A DNA stretch of 63,844 bases, filler included, from an uncultured bacterium (lineage in GTDB: Bacteria; Latescibacterota; UBA2968): the NCBI GenBank assembly GCA_964471275.1. It is 8 parts of 8 records of this genome, joined end to end, with 100 filler letters (N's around TTAATTAATTAA, not from the genome) between each part and the next. Parts side by side here need not be neighbours in the genome. Positions count along the whole stretch, not along the records: positions 41,732 to 49,878 come from CAYYGZ010000215.1; positions 49,979 to 58,106 come from CAYYGZ010000216.1; 6 more parts are not named here. The stretch is one strand, 5' to 3'. Below are positions 41,632 to 51,982 of this stretch, in pieces. Positions within the stretch are counted from its first letter, which is position 1; every line of letters begins with the position of its first letter. Below the pieces are notes generated by a model that was not told where the DNA came from, made no database searches, and was given only the letters and a program-made list of their open reading frames with translations. A program made the translations under genes and the position numbers.

Positions 41632-41758
41632 NNNNNNNNNNNNNNNNNNNNNNNNNNNNNNNNNNNNNNNNNNNNTTAATTAATTAANNNNNNNNNNNNN
41701 NNNNNNNNNNNNNNNNNNNNNNNNNNNNNNNGCAACAAACCGTGAGGCGAATCTACCA

Positions 41759-43239
41759 ATGAGAAGACCAAACATCATCCTGATCATTACAGATCAGCAG
41801 CGATTCGATACGGTTGGGGCGTGGGGGAACGATCACATGATCACGCCGAATATCGACAAGCTGGCTCAGAACGGAATTTCGTTTACACAGTCCTATTGCC
41901 CGGGCGCGACGTGTGTGGCTTCACGGGCGGCCATTTTCACGGGGATGTATCCGCACACGACAGGCGTGTACAGCTTCCAGAACTGGTCCAACCATCGATG
42001 CTGGGTCGAAGATCTGGCGGGTGCTGGCTACCATTGCGCCAATGTCGGCAAGATGCACTTTACACCCCGAGATGTTCCCGGAGGGTTTCACGACCGGATC
42101 GTAGTGGAAAATCCGACGAACAAGACGCACGCTTCGGGTGGTGTGGATGATGATTGGGGCAAGTACATGACGCTGCACGGCATCACACGGCCAAACGATC
42201 GCAATCAGACGGATCCGGAGTGGCTTGAGAAATACCAGGGCGTTGTGTGGCACGAAGAGGAGCGGTTTCACAGCGATGTCTTCATCGGTAACTCTGCCGT
42301 GCGCTGGATCGAGACGAATCAGAGCCAGAAACCCCTTTTTCTGGAGATCGGCTTCACGGGGCCGCACGAGCCCTGGGATCCGCTTCCACGACACTTGGAT
42401 CTCTATACCGATCGGGATGTACCGTCGCGGACAGCGCGGGAGGGAGAGCTGGATGAGAAACCGCCTCAGCACTTGGCTCACCAGCACTTTCACGCGAACA
42501 CGGGTCACGAGTCACAGATCGATATTGCCAGCGCAGATGAGGACGACATCGCACGGATGCGACGCCACTATTATGCGAAGATCACGACTGTCGACGAGCA
42601 GATCGGCCGGGTGATGGATGCGCTCGAAGCGCGAGGATACCTCGAGGACAGCGTCGTTATGTTTTGCTCCGACCACGGTGAACTGCTGGGAGATCACAAG
42701 CTTGCNNNNNNNNNNATCCGATCGTCCACGTGCCAATGATCGTTCAGACCCGGAGCACCGTCGGGTCACCACGGGAGGTTGACGACCTGGTCTCGCTCGT
42801 GGATATCGGACCCACTGTCCTCGAAACGGCTGGTGTAGACATACCTACCTATATGGAAGGTAGATCCCTCAGCCCTTATCTGGACGGTGTTGATGTCGAA
42901 CCAAGAGAGTATGTCTGCTGTGAGGACAACTACCAGATCATGTTTCGTACGAATACACACAAACTCGTCTACTACATCGGCCAAGCAGCGGGGGAGATGT
43001 ATGATCTGGAAGCGGATCCCGACGAGCAGCACAACAGATGGGACAGCCTTGAGGCCGCTGATGTGAAGCAGATGCTCTTGATCAAGATCCTAGAGTGGAT
43101 GGCAGCGAGCAACTACTGGAATTCAGGCTACAAACGAGAGGTTGGGCAGCAGTACTCGATGCGCTGGCCTACAGCCGACGACGCGGGGCTGCACGGTGGA
43201 GGGCAGAATGAGAAGGGCAAACCGCTTGGTTACTTGTAG
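41759..43239 (+). CDS. Formylglycine-dependent sulfatase (single gene split by a 10-N scaffold gap at 42706-42715)
   Basis: RPNIILIITDQQR, CVASRAAIFTG, GKMH, GPHEP, SDHGELLGDH. After the gap VPMIV..LVSLVDIGPT..MYDLEADPDE. Confidence 0.92.
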
Positions 43240-43625
43240 AGGCAGTGCGGGATGCAGTGTTGAGGCATTCGGAATGCAGAGGATGAACACTCGGAGCCCA
43301 CTCAGACGGGGAGCATCCTGATCGTCGCGCATATCGGTACGATCACGTGTCATCTTCTCGTGTTTGAACTCCATCCGTGGCTCTATGAAAAGCTCTCGCT
43401 CGGTTACGCGGGGGTATGCAGCCTTCGAACCGTACCGCTTGCCGGGCAGTGGGCGTGATCTCTGAATTCCTTCAATGACCGAACCCACCTGGGTTATGAT
43501 ATACTATGATTCACCGCGCGGAACATCCACCAAGAGAGATTCCGGCAGGGATGCTCTGATAGAGCGCGGCAGCTCGAACCCGGCTTGTCACCAGTTTCGT
43601 GACAAGTCCTAGTTTGGAGATTGAA

Positions 43626-44666
43626 ATGGCTGACGAGACGTTTGTATACGCAGGCACCTACACAAACAAGGGCGGGAAAGGAACCTACGCTTTTCGGTTT
43701 CGGCAGGATGATGGCGGCCTGGATCCGATCGGGTATGTGGAATCTGAGAGCCCCTCATTCCTGGCCATTCACCCTAGCGGAAACTATCTCTACGCGACCA
43801 ACGAGACCGATCCCGGGTCCGTCTCTGCATACGCGATACAGCCATCCGGGGGGCTCGTGGCGCTGAATGTGCAGCCTTCACACGGAGCAGCGCCCTGTCA
43901 CGCGATGTGTGACGCGACGGGACGGTATCTGATTGTGGCCAACTATACATCTGGAACGGTGTCGATGTATCCGGTTGCCGATGATGGGTCTCTGGGCGAG
44001 GCCTCGCAGCGGATTCAGCACGAAGGATCCAGCATCCTGCCGAGGCAGACCGGCCCACATGCCCACTCGGTCAACATCGATGCGCAGAATCGCTTCGGGT
44101 ATGTATGCGACCTTGGCATGGACAAGGTTCTGGTCTATGAAATGAATCTCGAAGCAGGGCAGCTGAATCCGGTAAGCACCATCGATACGGCTCCCGGAGC
44201 AGGTCCACGGCATCTTGCTTTTCACCCGAACGGCAGGAACGCCTATCTGATCAACGAGATCGGCTGTACTGTAAGCGCGCTCACCTATGACCCGAGTTCG
44301 GGGGAGCTTACGGAGATCAACACCCTGTCGACTCTACCTGGCGAGGTAGAAGAGGGGTTCTCTACGGCCGACATCCATGTGCATCCGAACGGGAAGTTTG
44401 TCTACGGCTCAAACCGAGGTCATAACACGATCGCCTGCTATGCGGTCGAGGCATCAGGGGCAATCAATTTTGTGGCGCGAACGGACGTCGAGGCGGTTCC
44501 GCGCAATTTTGCGTTCGATCCGTCGGGAACGTTTCTATTGTCTGCCGGTCAGGAGACGGGCGTGACAACCAGTTTCAGAACCGACGGTGAAACCGGTGCC
44601 CTCACAGCCACGGGGGCAAGAATCGAGATCCCCGGTTGCGTGTGTCTTCAGTTTCTTGATCGCTAG
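43626..44666 (+). CDS. pgl: 6-phosphogluconolactonase (lactonase, beta-propeller)
   Basis: VYAGTYT, SPSFLA, ANYTSG, RQTGPHAH, GAGPRH, YGSNRGHN, PRNF. Confidence 0.88.
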   Translation: MADETFVYAGTYTNKGGKGTYAFRFRQDDGGLDPIGYVESESPSFLAIHPSGNYLYATNETDPGSVSAYAIQPSGGLVALNVQPSHGAAPCHAMCDATGRYLIVANYTSGTVSMYPVADDGSLGEASQRIQHEGSSILPRQTGPHAHSVNIDAQNRFGYVCDLGMDKVLVYEMNLEAGQLNPVSTIDTAPGAGPRHLAFHPNGRNAYLINEIGCTVSALTYDPSSGELTEINTLSTLPGEVEEGFSTADIHVHPNGKFVYGSNRGHNTIACYAVEASGAINFVARTDVEAVPRNFAFDPSGTFLLSAGQETGVTTSFRTDGETGALTATGARIEIPGCVCLQFLDR

Positions 44667-44921
44667 TTAGTTCCGTGGTGCTCAAAACCAATCGGCAGCG
44701 GCTTCGGGTGCTATTGGTCGACGACTGAAAGTCGGTGTATCGAAACACGTTACCAGCGACAATATGAACCTGCGGGGCGGTCAGAAGCATCTGTGTGTGT
44801 GCGTCGAAGGTCTGATCACTGAGCAGACGGTTTGGCCTTGGCGGTGGTATAGTCCCGCCATCGGATCAGAGATCCTACTTTCACTGCAGCAATCTATCAT
44901 GGGACTGGTGCACGTACGGAG

Positions 44922-45860
44922 TTGGCTGGTGTGGCAACAAAGGACCTAGGAATTGAATTGAAGGACTACCGTATTGTCGTGACCGGTGCGACCGGGAATC
45001 TTGGGACTAAACTTCTGTGCCACCTGGCTTTTCTCGGATTCCACAGGTTGGTCGGCTTGGATATCCAAGAAGACCAGGCGAGCTTTGCGCGCATAAGGCG
45101 CTCGGCTATGGACGCTGGACACCCGGAACCGGACGTCGAGATTCGCAAGTGCGATCTGACCGATCCATCGGACGACCGTTGGCGGTCGGCGGTAGCGAAC
45201 GCCAACGGTGTCGTGCATTTCGCGGCATGGAATCCGTACCCTGAAGCGACCTGGGGAGAGGCCTCCGCTTCACTGGATATGACGGTGAACACGGCTCTGG
45301 CGGCGTCTGACTCGCAGATGTGCAGTCGCTATGTGCTGGCCACATCGAATCACGTGATGGGGCGATATCGTACGGCAGGACTGGGGTCAGGCGAACTGAC
45401 GACAGATCTGGACGAAGGGGTTGGAACGGTCTGGTCTACTGGTGAACAGTGGTTGGATTCCACGCCTTATGCGACGGCAAAGTTCGCGGGTGAACGCGTG
45501 TGTCGGGGTCTTGGCGCCCAGGGCAATGGAACGGATTATGTGTGCGTGCGGATTGGGTGGTGTCAGCCGGGCGAGAATTCGAAAGCGACACTCTCTGCCG
45601 CAGGTACGCCCACGCAAGCAGGTGGTACAGGACAGTCCAACGCCGAGATCGAGGCAACAGACCGTTGGTTCAAGGGGATGTGGCTTTCGAATCGGGATAT
45701 GGTGCACCTGTTTGAACGCGCACTGGTTGCGCCGTCCGATAGGTGGGAGGGAGGGCTCGCGTTGGTGAACGGGATGTCAGACAACGCGGGGATGGTGTGG
45801 TCGATAGAGGGGACGAAGAAGCTGCTCGGCTACAAACCGCAGGACAACGTGTTTGCCTAA
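44922..45860 (+). CDS. NAD-dependent epimerase/dehydratase (uronate dehydrogenase-like)
   Basis: IVVTGATGNLG, ATSNHVMG, PYATAK, VRIGW, MWLSNRD, GMSDN, LGYKPQD. Confidence 0.85.
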   Translation: MAGVATKDLGIELKDYRIVVTGATGNLGTKLLCHLAFLGFHRLVGLDIQEDQASFARIRRSAMDAGHPEPDVEIRKCDLTDPSDDRWRSAVANANGVVHFAAWNPYPEATWGEASASLDMTVNTALAASDSQMCSRYVLATSNHVMGRYRTAGLGSGELTTDLDEGVGTVWSTGEQWLDSTPYATAKFAGERVCRGLGAQGNGTDYVCVRIGWCQPGENSKATLSAAGTPTQAGGTGQSNAEIEATDRWFKGMWLSNRDMVHLFERALVAPSDRWEGGLALVNGMSDNAGMVWSIEGTKKLLGYKPQDNVFA

Positions 45861-45935
45861 CCCCGTGATCGGAGATGAAGTGGAACTCCCCGGGCAGAGG
45901 AGCGTCCCCTTATATGACACGGTAGGATCTCTTTC

Positions 45936-45977
45936 GTGGCGTAGCCTCCTTGAGCAGGCGACTACGCCGCTTTTTTT
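45936..45977 (+). terminator. Intrinsic terminator
   Basis: GTGGCGTAG...CTACGCCGC followed by T7. Confidence 0.7.
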
Positions 45978-45997
45978 GTGATGGACAGACCCTCACG

Positions 45998-46693
45998 TCA
46001 GAGATGGCTATGCGTGAGTAGAATGATCCGATCGTCATCCGCTGCGGGTGTTCCGCGACCATCCCGGTTGCTGATCGCCAGGTAAACTTCGCCCCTTGGG
46101 TCCACCAGAACGTCCCTTAATCTGCCGTAGTCTCCCTGGTAGAGTATCTCCTGGCCAAGCACATCACCGGTCGTGATTTACAGCAAGCCATCATCAGGTC
46201 CGAACGCAAGTCGCGAGCCGTTGTGGTTGTTTGCTCCTGGTATGCTATCGAGCAGCGTTTCTGGTGGGCCGAGCATCGGACCGTCCCAGTGCGAGCGGAT
46301 GAGCCGGTTCTGAATACCGTTCGACTCATAGGAATAGATGGCGTAAACAAAGGGCTCGGTGGAAAAGTTGGGATGAAGAGCCATACCGAGGAGCCCACTC
46401 TTTCTGATTTCGACCGTCTCGGTGATCGTGGACACGATCGTGATCTTACCGCTCGAAGTGTCGACCCGGGAGGTCACCCCGCATCTCTCCGTGACCCAGA
46501 GTGTGCCTTCCGGGTCCATTTTCAAATTTTAAGGGGTGTCGAGCCCTGCTACGAGTGTTCTGCTATCGAGCGTAGCGGGCGAGATTGGCTGGCCGGGGAC
46601 GTCTGGTGTCAGGCCCCCATCAGAAACGGCATCAGGCCTGCTCGAGCAACCGACAAGGATGAGGATTGCGAGGATTGTGTGGGTGAACCGCAC
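45998..46693 (-). pseudogene. PQQ-dependent aldose sugar dehydrogenase (GSDH) lipoprotein pseudogene
   Basis: One frame: lipobox LVGC, GLDTP*..LWVTER, SGLLGMALHPNF, NHNGSRLAFGPD..L*ITTGD, YGRLRDV..ATSNRDGRG. TAA stops at 46529-46531 and 46178-46180, plus a large internal deletion. Confidence 0.85.
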
Positions 46694-46729
46694 TGGTGAC
46701 CTGGTTTCGGACCTAGACAGCGCTGCGGG

Positions 46730-48301
46730 CTACTGAGGTGTGTCTGGTGGTGGAGGCGCCTGGACCGGTGCGGCGATGATGTCGACGGTTACGCCTTCAC
46801 GAAGGTTGGCTCGGAGACCGGTGGCGAGGAATTCCCCGTCCCAGAAGGACACGGCCCGGTCTTTCACGATGCGATATGATCTGCCCGGCTGTGTGTTGAA
46901 CCCGTCCGGGAAACCATCTGGCAATCGAGATGCGGGTCGGTTGTGACTCGGGTATATCAGGCCGGACCACGGCTCGGTGACGGAGAGCCGGACCTGAATG
47001 CCCTCCTCAAGGCGCTTCGCCTGCAAGGCCAAGTCTGGACGCCACGGATGCGCGCGACTCCCGACCGACTCCGACCAGTGTGCGGCGAGCAGAGCGATCA
47101 GCTGCTTTGCATCATCGGTCTCCGTCTGGCCCTCTGCCGGGACAGCCAGGACGGCCTGCCTTGCTGAAGCCGCGTCAGCCAAGGGGAAAAGGGACAGGTG
47201 GGTTGCCTCCATTAGCGCCGGTAGATCGCGTGTGTTCGTTGCAGGATCCGATCGATACCGCTGCAGTGCGGCCGACGCCAGGTCTGAGTATGCCGGGTTG
47301 GCGCTCAGAAGACCATACCGATAGGCCGCATTCAGGAGTCGAACCGTGTGAGGGGACTCGCGTTTCCTATCGATCGAATAGCCGCCACGTCCGTCAGGCT
47401 GAAGCCTTCGGTGGAACCGTTCGTTTTCCTTGAGACCGTGCTGAAAGAGGACATCGAACATCGCCGACAGGGCAGGACGGTAGATATCGGATCTTGCAGA
47501 CCCGTCCCTTACTTCGACCGCATAGAGCGATACGAGTCCCTCGATGAATGAGACACCCGATTCATCCAATATCAGCGAGGAGGCATGCGCCTTGTCGGCA
47601 TCGAAATTCCAGCGCTCGGCCGGCAGCCCACCGTTCTTGGGCATGACGCCAACGCAGTAAGCGTCACCAACTCGGCGTGCGTAGTAGAGGTAGCCTTCAT
47701 CACCGTACAGCTCGGCGAGAAGTGGGAGTGTCTTCAGGACGCGTCCCGTCACGCGGAGATCGTTCGACGGTAACGCGCCTTCTGCGTAATCTGTTGTAGC
47801 CCTTGCTCTTAGGAATAGGGCATCTATGATTCCTTTGAGCCTGTCGGTCCACGGGCAGTGACCAATGATCGAGGTGATTCGAGCCAGGCCGCCAGCATAT
47901 GCCGAGGCGTTTATCAGGATCTCATCGGAGTTTCGCGAAGATCGCACAAATCGCTTGTCGCCAAGGTGATAATTGTCAGGGAAAACAGAGAGGCGAGTCG
48001 TAAGTCGTCTCTCTTCGTGCAGCGTTTCGAGGAGCAGGCCCTCGTAGAGATCCATGTTGGTGAACCAGGATGTCAGGACAAGCGCAGGGAAGACTTGTGC
48101 TGCTGTCGTACGTATCGACCATTGATTGTCTTCGCCCGACAGCAGACTGGTGGTGGGATCCTTGCGAGCGACCCAGCGATCCAGAACCTGGTTCGCCCTT
48201 GCAAGATACGGCGTCGGCTCGTTGGCTCTCAGCGGCGTCGCCTGCAAGCATACCAGAAGAACCGTGAACAGCAGTCTGTGTTGACTAGTTCGCTTGGTCA
48301 A
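46730..48301 (-). CDS. Secreted hypothetical protein, six-hairpin/alpha-toroid-like
   Basis: Signal peptide LLFTVLLVCLQATPLRA; helical pattern (YLYYARRVGDAY, IEGLVSLY). Start site uncertain. Confidence 0.65.
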   Translation of the reverse strand: MTKRTSQHRLLFTVLLVCLQATPLRANEPTPYLARANQVLDRWVARKDPTTSLLSGEDNQWSIRTTAAQVFPALVLTSWFTNMDLYEGLLLETLHEERRLTTRLSVFPDNYHLGDKRFVRSSRNSDEILINASAYAGGLARITSIIGHCPWTDRLKGIIDALFLRARATTDYAEGALPSNDLRVTGRVLKTLPLLAELYGDEGYLYYARRVGDAYCVGVMPKNGGLPAERWNFDADKAHASSLILDESGVSFIEGLVSLYAVEVRDGSARSDIYRPALSAMFDVLFQHGLKENERFHRRLQPDGRGGYSIDRKRESPHTVRLLNAAYRYGLLSANPAYSDLASAALQRYRSDPATNTRDLPALMEATHLSLFPLADAASARQAVLAVPAEGQTETDDAKQLIALLAAHWSESVGSRAHPWRPDLALQAKRLEEGIQVRLSVTEPWSGLIYPSHNRPASRLPDGFPDGFNTQPGRSYRIVKDRAVSFWDGEFLATGLRANLREGVTVDIIAAPVQAPPPPDTPQ

Positions 48302-49496
48302 GGCTTTGATTCTCGTAGTGAACGTCAGATTCTGGGTGTGCAAGGAGTTCGTTGTCCATGAGAGCGAGTTGTCCCGCCTTTTCCGCCACATAGAATCCGT
48401 AGCGCTGGCGGGTCGTTTCAGAATTGCCAATCCGGTTGTTGGCAAAGCTGAGTTCATTCGTTTCCCCGAGGACGCGAACGCCGTAGCCTTCTTCATCGTT
48501 GCCGTTGTCCATGATGTCGTTTAGTTCGAAGTGGTTGCGATGACCGGCCATCAGTTCCGATTCATTCCTGAAGAGCACGCCTTCGCGACCATTTCCGCAG
48601 GATCGGTTGTTGCGGAAGGTGTTGTCCGTGTCCTTGTGGCCGATCGAAATTCCCGTGACGCCATTGTTGAGCAGCTGGTTGTTCTCAAAGGTGCCGTGTT
48701 TTACTCGCCAGCAAAGGAACAGGCCAATCTGGCCGTTCTCCTCTGACTTGCAGTAGCGTATGATCGGTGAGCCACTACCGCTTCCCGGGTGGAGCCCCAG
48801 ATGGGTGTTTCCCCGGCAATGACAGGCCTCCACGGATACGTTGTGGCTCTGCTGAAAGCTGATCCCGTCTCCCGCATAGTCGTAGACTCGGCAGTTGACG
48901 ATCCGAGTACCGTGCCCCTGATACAGGAAGATACCGGCACCCCGGCAGCCTGTCAGATAGGCGTTTCCTTCCTTGTTTCCTTCGATGGTCAGTCCTTCGA
49001 TCGATATGCCCTCAACATAGTAGCCGCTCACGACAGGGTAGGTGGTCGCCGCCCGTGCGTTTTTGTCGACCATGTAGTCGCCACCCATCGGCCTGCTGAC
49101 ACCGACGATATCGCCCTCTCTCCAGAGTATGGTGCCGACAACCGTGTGGAAGCCCCCTGAACGGTCATCGCATACGCTGATTCCGTTTCCCACTCCGAAG
49201 CCGTCAGGTGCCTCGAGCGTAACCTGTTCCTCACCAAAATCTCCATCCAGAACGAGCCTGCTTTGAGCTGCGCCGGGTTTGGCCAGGATAGTTTCCTGGC
49301 CTGCACCGATGATGTTTACATTCGATCGAAGATGAAGCGAATCGTCCATCTTGTATTGACCCGGTCGAATTTCGACAGTTCCGCCACCCAGCGTCGCGGC
49401 ATAGTCGACTGCGGCTTGAAGTGCACGGTTGTCGGTGCCCGTGATATCGGCGTTCTGGTTGCCTACGGTGATTCTGATGTCCATCCGGTCTGGCAT
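48285..49496 (-). CDS. Right-handed parallel beta-helix protein (pectin lyase-like)
   Basis: TDNRALQAAVD..GGGTVEIRPGQY; repeated NN..GI motifs. Confidence 0.85.
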   Translation of the reverse strand: MPDRMDIRITVGNQNADITGTDNRALQAAVDYAATLGGGTVEIRPGQYKMDDSLHLRSNVNIIGAGQETILAKPGAAQSRLVLDGDFGEEQVTLEAPDGFGVGNGISVCDDRSGGFHTVVGTILWREGDIVGVSRPMGGDYMVDKNARAATTYPVVSGYYVEGISIEGLTIEGNKEGNAYLTGCRGAGIFLYQGHGTRIVNCRVYDYAGDGISFQQSHNVSVEACHCRGNTHLGLHPGSGSGSPIIRYCKSEENGQIGLFLCWRVKHGTFENNQLLNNGVTGISIGHKDTDNTFRNNRSCGNGREGVLFRNESELMAGHRNHFELNDIMDNGNDEEGYGVRVLGETNELSFANNRIGNSETTRQRYGFYVAEKAGQLALMDNELLAHPESDVHYENQSLDQAN

Positions 49497-49619
49497 AGCG
49501 TGTCCAATTAGGCGTGTGATGGGTCTCCGAAGAGGCCGGGGCAAGGGGGGAGCAAGCTCTCACCCTGATCGCGTCGTGACAGTCGCTCTCACATGAACGG
49601 GAGAGAGGATACCTGAGCG

Positions 49620-49878
49620 CTATCTGATCTTCACTTCCTTGCCGGTTTCAGCGCTCTTCAACAGGGCTTCCATCATCTGCTGGACGATCAGGCCGTGTCG
49701 CAGTGGCGCTTCACAGGGCTTACCCAGCCGGATGCAGTCAATGAAATGGGCGGCAATGTTGTCCCAGCTTTCCTTGCCCCCGCGTGGCAGGTCTACAGAG
49801 ATGTCCTGTTCGTTGTTGTGATCTGTTCTATAGAGCGTCAATGGACTGAGCTGTGCACCGGCTTCGGTTCCAAAAAGC
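49620..49878 (-). CDS. Gfo/Idh/MocA oxidoreductase C-terminal fragment
   Basis: HFIDCIRLGKP...MEALLKSAETGKEV. Confidence 0.75.
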
Positions 49879-49978
49879 NNNNNNNNNNNNNNNNNNNNNN
49901 NNNNNNNNNNNNNNNNNNNNNNTTAATTAATTAANNNNNNNNNNNNNNNNNNNNNNNNNNNNNNNNNNNNNNNNNNNN

Positions 49979-50123
49979 AACGAAGGTCTCCCTTACTGCC
50001 TCGCGGCCATTCTATGCTCTCAGTCGTGTCAGTCGTAGCCGATTCTTGTGATGTAGCCGATGCTGCCGAGAGCGAAACGGCAAACACCAGGATGCAAAAC
50101 CAGGCGCAGATTCCAGGGGCCAT
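49979..50123 (-). CDS. Secreted protein N-terminus (3' truncated)
   Basis: Signal peptide MAPGICAWFCILVFAVSLSAASA, 12 nt after the DUF1802 stop. Confidence 0.55.
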
Positions 50124-50135
50124 TTTTCAAACTCC

Positions 50136-50711
50136 TCAGCCAGCGAAGGCGGATACAGCGTCCAGGACGCTTGCCCGTTCGCGGCGGTAATCTTCCTCAC
50201 TCAGCACGGCGGATCGGTTGGCCACATCGACAGGCTCGGCCAGCTCGATCCACGAACGACAGCCCCCGTACTCGGGGAGCACACGGAGTTTCAGAGGGTT
50301 GTGCAACCTGTATGCCTTGAGCAGAAGTAGTGTGAGAGGCTTCTCGGGTTTCCAGAAATATCGGTCCTGCATATACGCGGTAGCCCAGATGTGCATCGCC
50401 GAAAGAGCGTCCAGAGGTTCCGGATCGTGCAGGGTTACGGTGTCGGTCAACTCCGCGCACAGACCGATCAGCACTTCATCCGGTGATCCAGTTTCATCCT
50501 GTCCCAACCAGGACCGGCATTCGGGTTTCAGGATACTCGGGTCCTGGTGATAATACGTCGGGTAGAGAATGAACGTGTCGGCGACCACATCGAACGCTCC
50601 TGTCTCCTCGACAATACCACCCTTTCTGATCAGGATGATCTGCCTGCCTTCGGATATCGCTCTGAGGGCGAGCGACCACTCTTTCAGTGCATTCGATTCA
50701 GTCATGGCCAC
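50136..50711 (-). CDS. DUF1802 family protein
   Basis: ALKEW..GRQIILIRKGGI.E, LYPTYYHQ, HIW, WKP, YGGCRSW. Confidence 0.88.
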   Translation of the reverse strand: MAMTESNALKEWSLALRAISEGRQIILIRKGGIVEETGAFDVVADTFILYPTYYHQDPSILKPECRSWLGQDETGSPDEVLIGLCAELTDTVTLHDPEPLDALSAMHIWATAYMQDRYFWKPEKPLTLLLLKAYRLHNPLKLRVLPEYGGCRSWIELAEPVDVANRSAVLSEEDYRRERASVLDAVSAFAG

Positions 50712-51096
50712 CTCGACGCGTCAAGTCGCCAGGCAAGGTTGAAACCCAGATTTCATCATCGATCACCTTCACCTCGTATGTCGGAACCTGATAGTGTTCG
50801 GTCTCCGGGCACACACCGGTCTGGAACGAGAATCTTAGCCCGTGCCACAGACACGTAACATGATCGTCATCGAATTCCACAGTCCCAATCGGCCGGTTGT
50901 TGTGCGGGCAGGCGTTCTCGACGGCCTTGTATGTCCCGGAACAGTTGAACAGTCCGACATCCCGGCCCATCACAGTCACAGTTCTGGCTTTCCCCGGCGG
51001 CAGATCACCTGTCCGTCCCACACGGATAAACTTACGCTCCTCCTCATTGGACGCGCTCCCCTTCCGTATCCAAGACCCGAGATCGAATGGGCTCAT
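50698..51096 (-). CDS. Rieske [2Fe-2S] ferredoxin
   Basis: NACPH...TCLWHG. Confidence 0.9.
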   Translation of the reverse strand: MSPFDLGSWIRKGSASNEEERKFIRVGRTGDLPPGKARTVTVMGRDVGLFNCSGTYKAVENACPHNNRPIGTVEFDDDHVTCLWHGLRFSFQTGVCPETEHYQVPTYEVKVIDDEIWVSTLPGDLTRRGGHD

Positions 51097-51974
51097 CGGG
51101 TGATCGGCACGGCATGCTCGACCGCGTGGTAGGAGCTTCGAACCAGAGGCCCGGATTCGACGTGCGTGTAGCCGAGGCTCGTTGCGTAGACGCGCAGATC
51201 ATCGAACTCGGCGGGATCGTAGAATCGATCGATCGGGACGTGACTCGGCGTGGGCTGCAGATACTGCCCGACCGTCAGGATGTCAGTTCCCTGGTCCGCG
51301 ATATCCCGAATCGTACAGTCCACTTCCGCTCGCGTTTCACCTGCCCCGACCATGATCCCCGATTTGACAGGCGTGTCCGGACGTAACGATTTTGCGCGGG
51401 CGAGCAACTCCAAGGACTGTGTATAGCGTGCCTGCGGACGCATCTGCCGGTAGAGTCTCGGGACCGTCTCGACATTGTGGTTCAGGATCTCCGGACCGGC
51501 ATCCATCACGGCCGAAAGTGCATCCCAATTTCCCTGAAAGTCCGGGACAAGCACCTCGACGCGCGTGTCCGGGCACAGGGTGTGTATCTGTCTGATCGTC
51601 TCCGCAAAGATACAGGCACCACCATCCGACAGCTCATCTCGGTTGACCGACGTGATCACTGCGTGTCGAAGTCCAAGAGACTGCACCGCCTCACCAACAC
51701 GCACAGGCTCCTCGGTATCCAGCCCCTCGGGTCGCCCCGTCTCCACAGCACAGAAGCCGCAGCTTCGTGTGCAGATATCCCCCAGAATCATGAACGTCAC
51801 CGTTCGCGCGCTCCAGCATTCGCCGATGTTTGGACATCCTGCACTCTCACAGACCGTGTGAAGACGTTTGCTCTGCACCAGCTGCTTCAGACCCCGATAT
51901 ACTCCGTTCCCTGGTGCCGGCACCCGGAACCACCGGGGGAGTCGTGAACCCCGCACAGGCGGGTTGATCGTCAT
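51093..51974 (-). CDS. lipA: Lipoyl synthase
   Basis: TVCESAGCPNIGECW, CTRSCGFC, HNVETV, GQYLQP, SGPLVRSSY. Confidence 0.97.
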   Translation of the reverse strand: MTINPPVRGSRLPRWFRVPAPGNGVYRGLKQLVQSKRLHTVCESAGCPNIGECWSARTVTFMILGDICTRSCGFCAVETGRPEGLDTEEPVRVGEAVQSLGLRHAVITSVNRDELSDGGACIFAETIRQIHTLCPDTRVEVLVPDFQGNWDALSAVMDAGPEILNHNVETVPRLYRQMRPQARYTQSLELLARAKSLRPDTPVKSGIMVGAGETRAEVDCTIRDIADQGTDILTVGQYLQPTPSHVPIDRFYDPAEFDDLRVYATSLGYTHVESGPLVRSSYHAVEHAVPITR

Positions 51975-51982
51975 CAGATGAC

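Noticed and set aside
42706..42715. Sulfatase apparently split in two ORFs
   Set aside because: The break coincides with a 10-N scaffold gap; it is one gene.
44722..44750. Hammerhead-like CTGA...GAAA
   Set aside because: The core reads CTGAAAG, not CTGANGA, and the stem arrangement does not fit.
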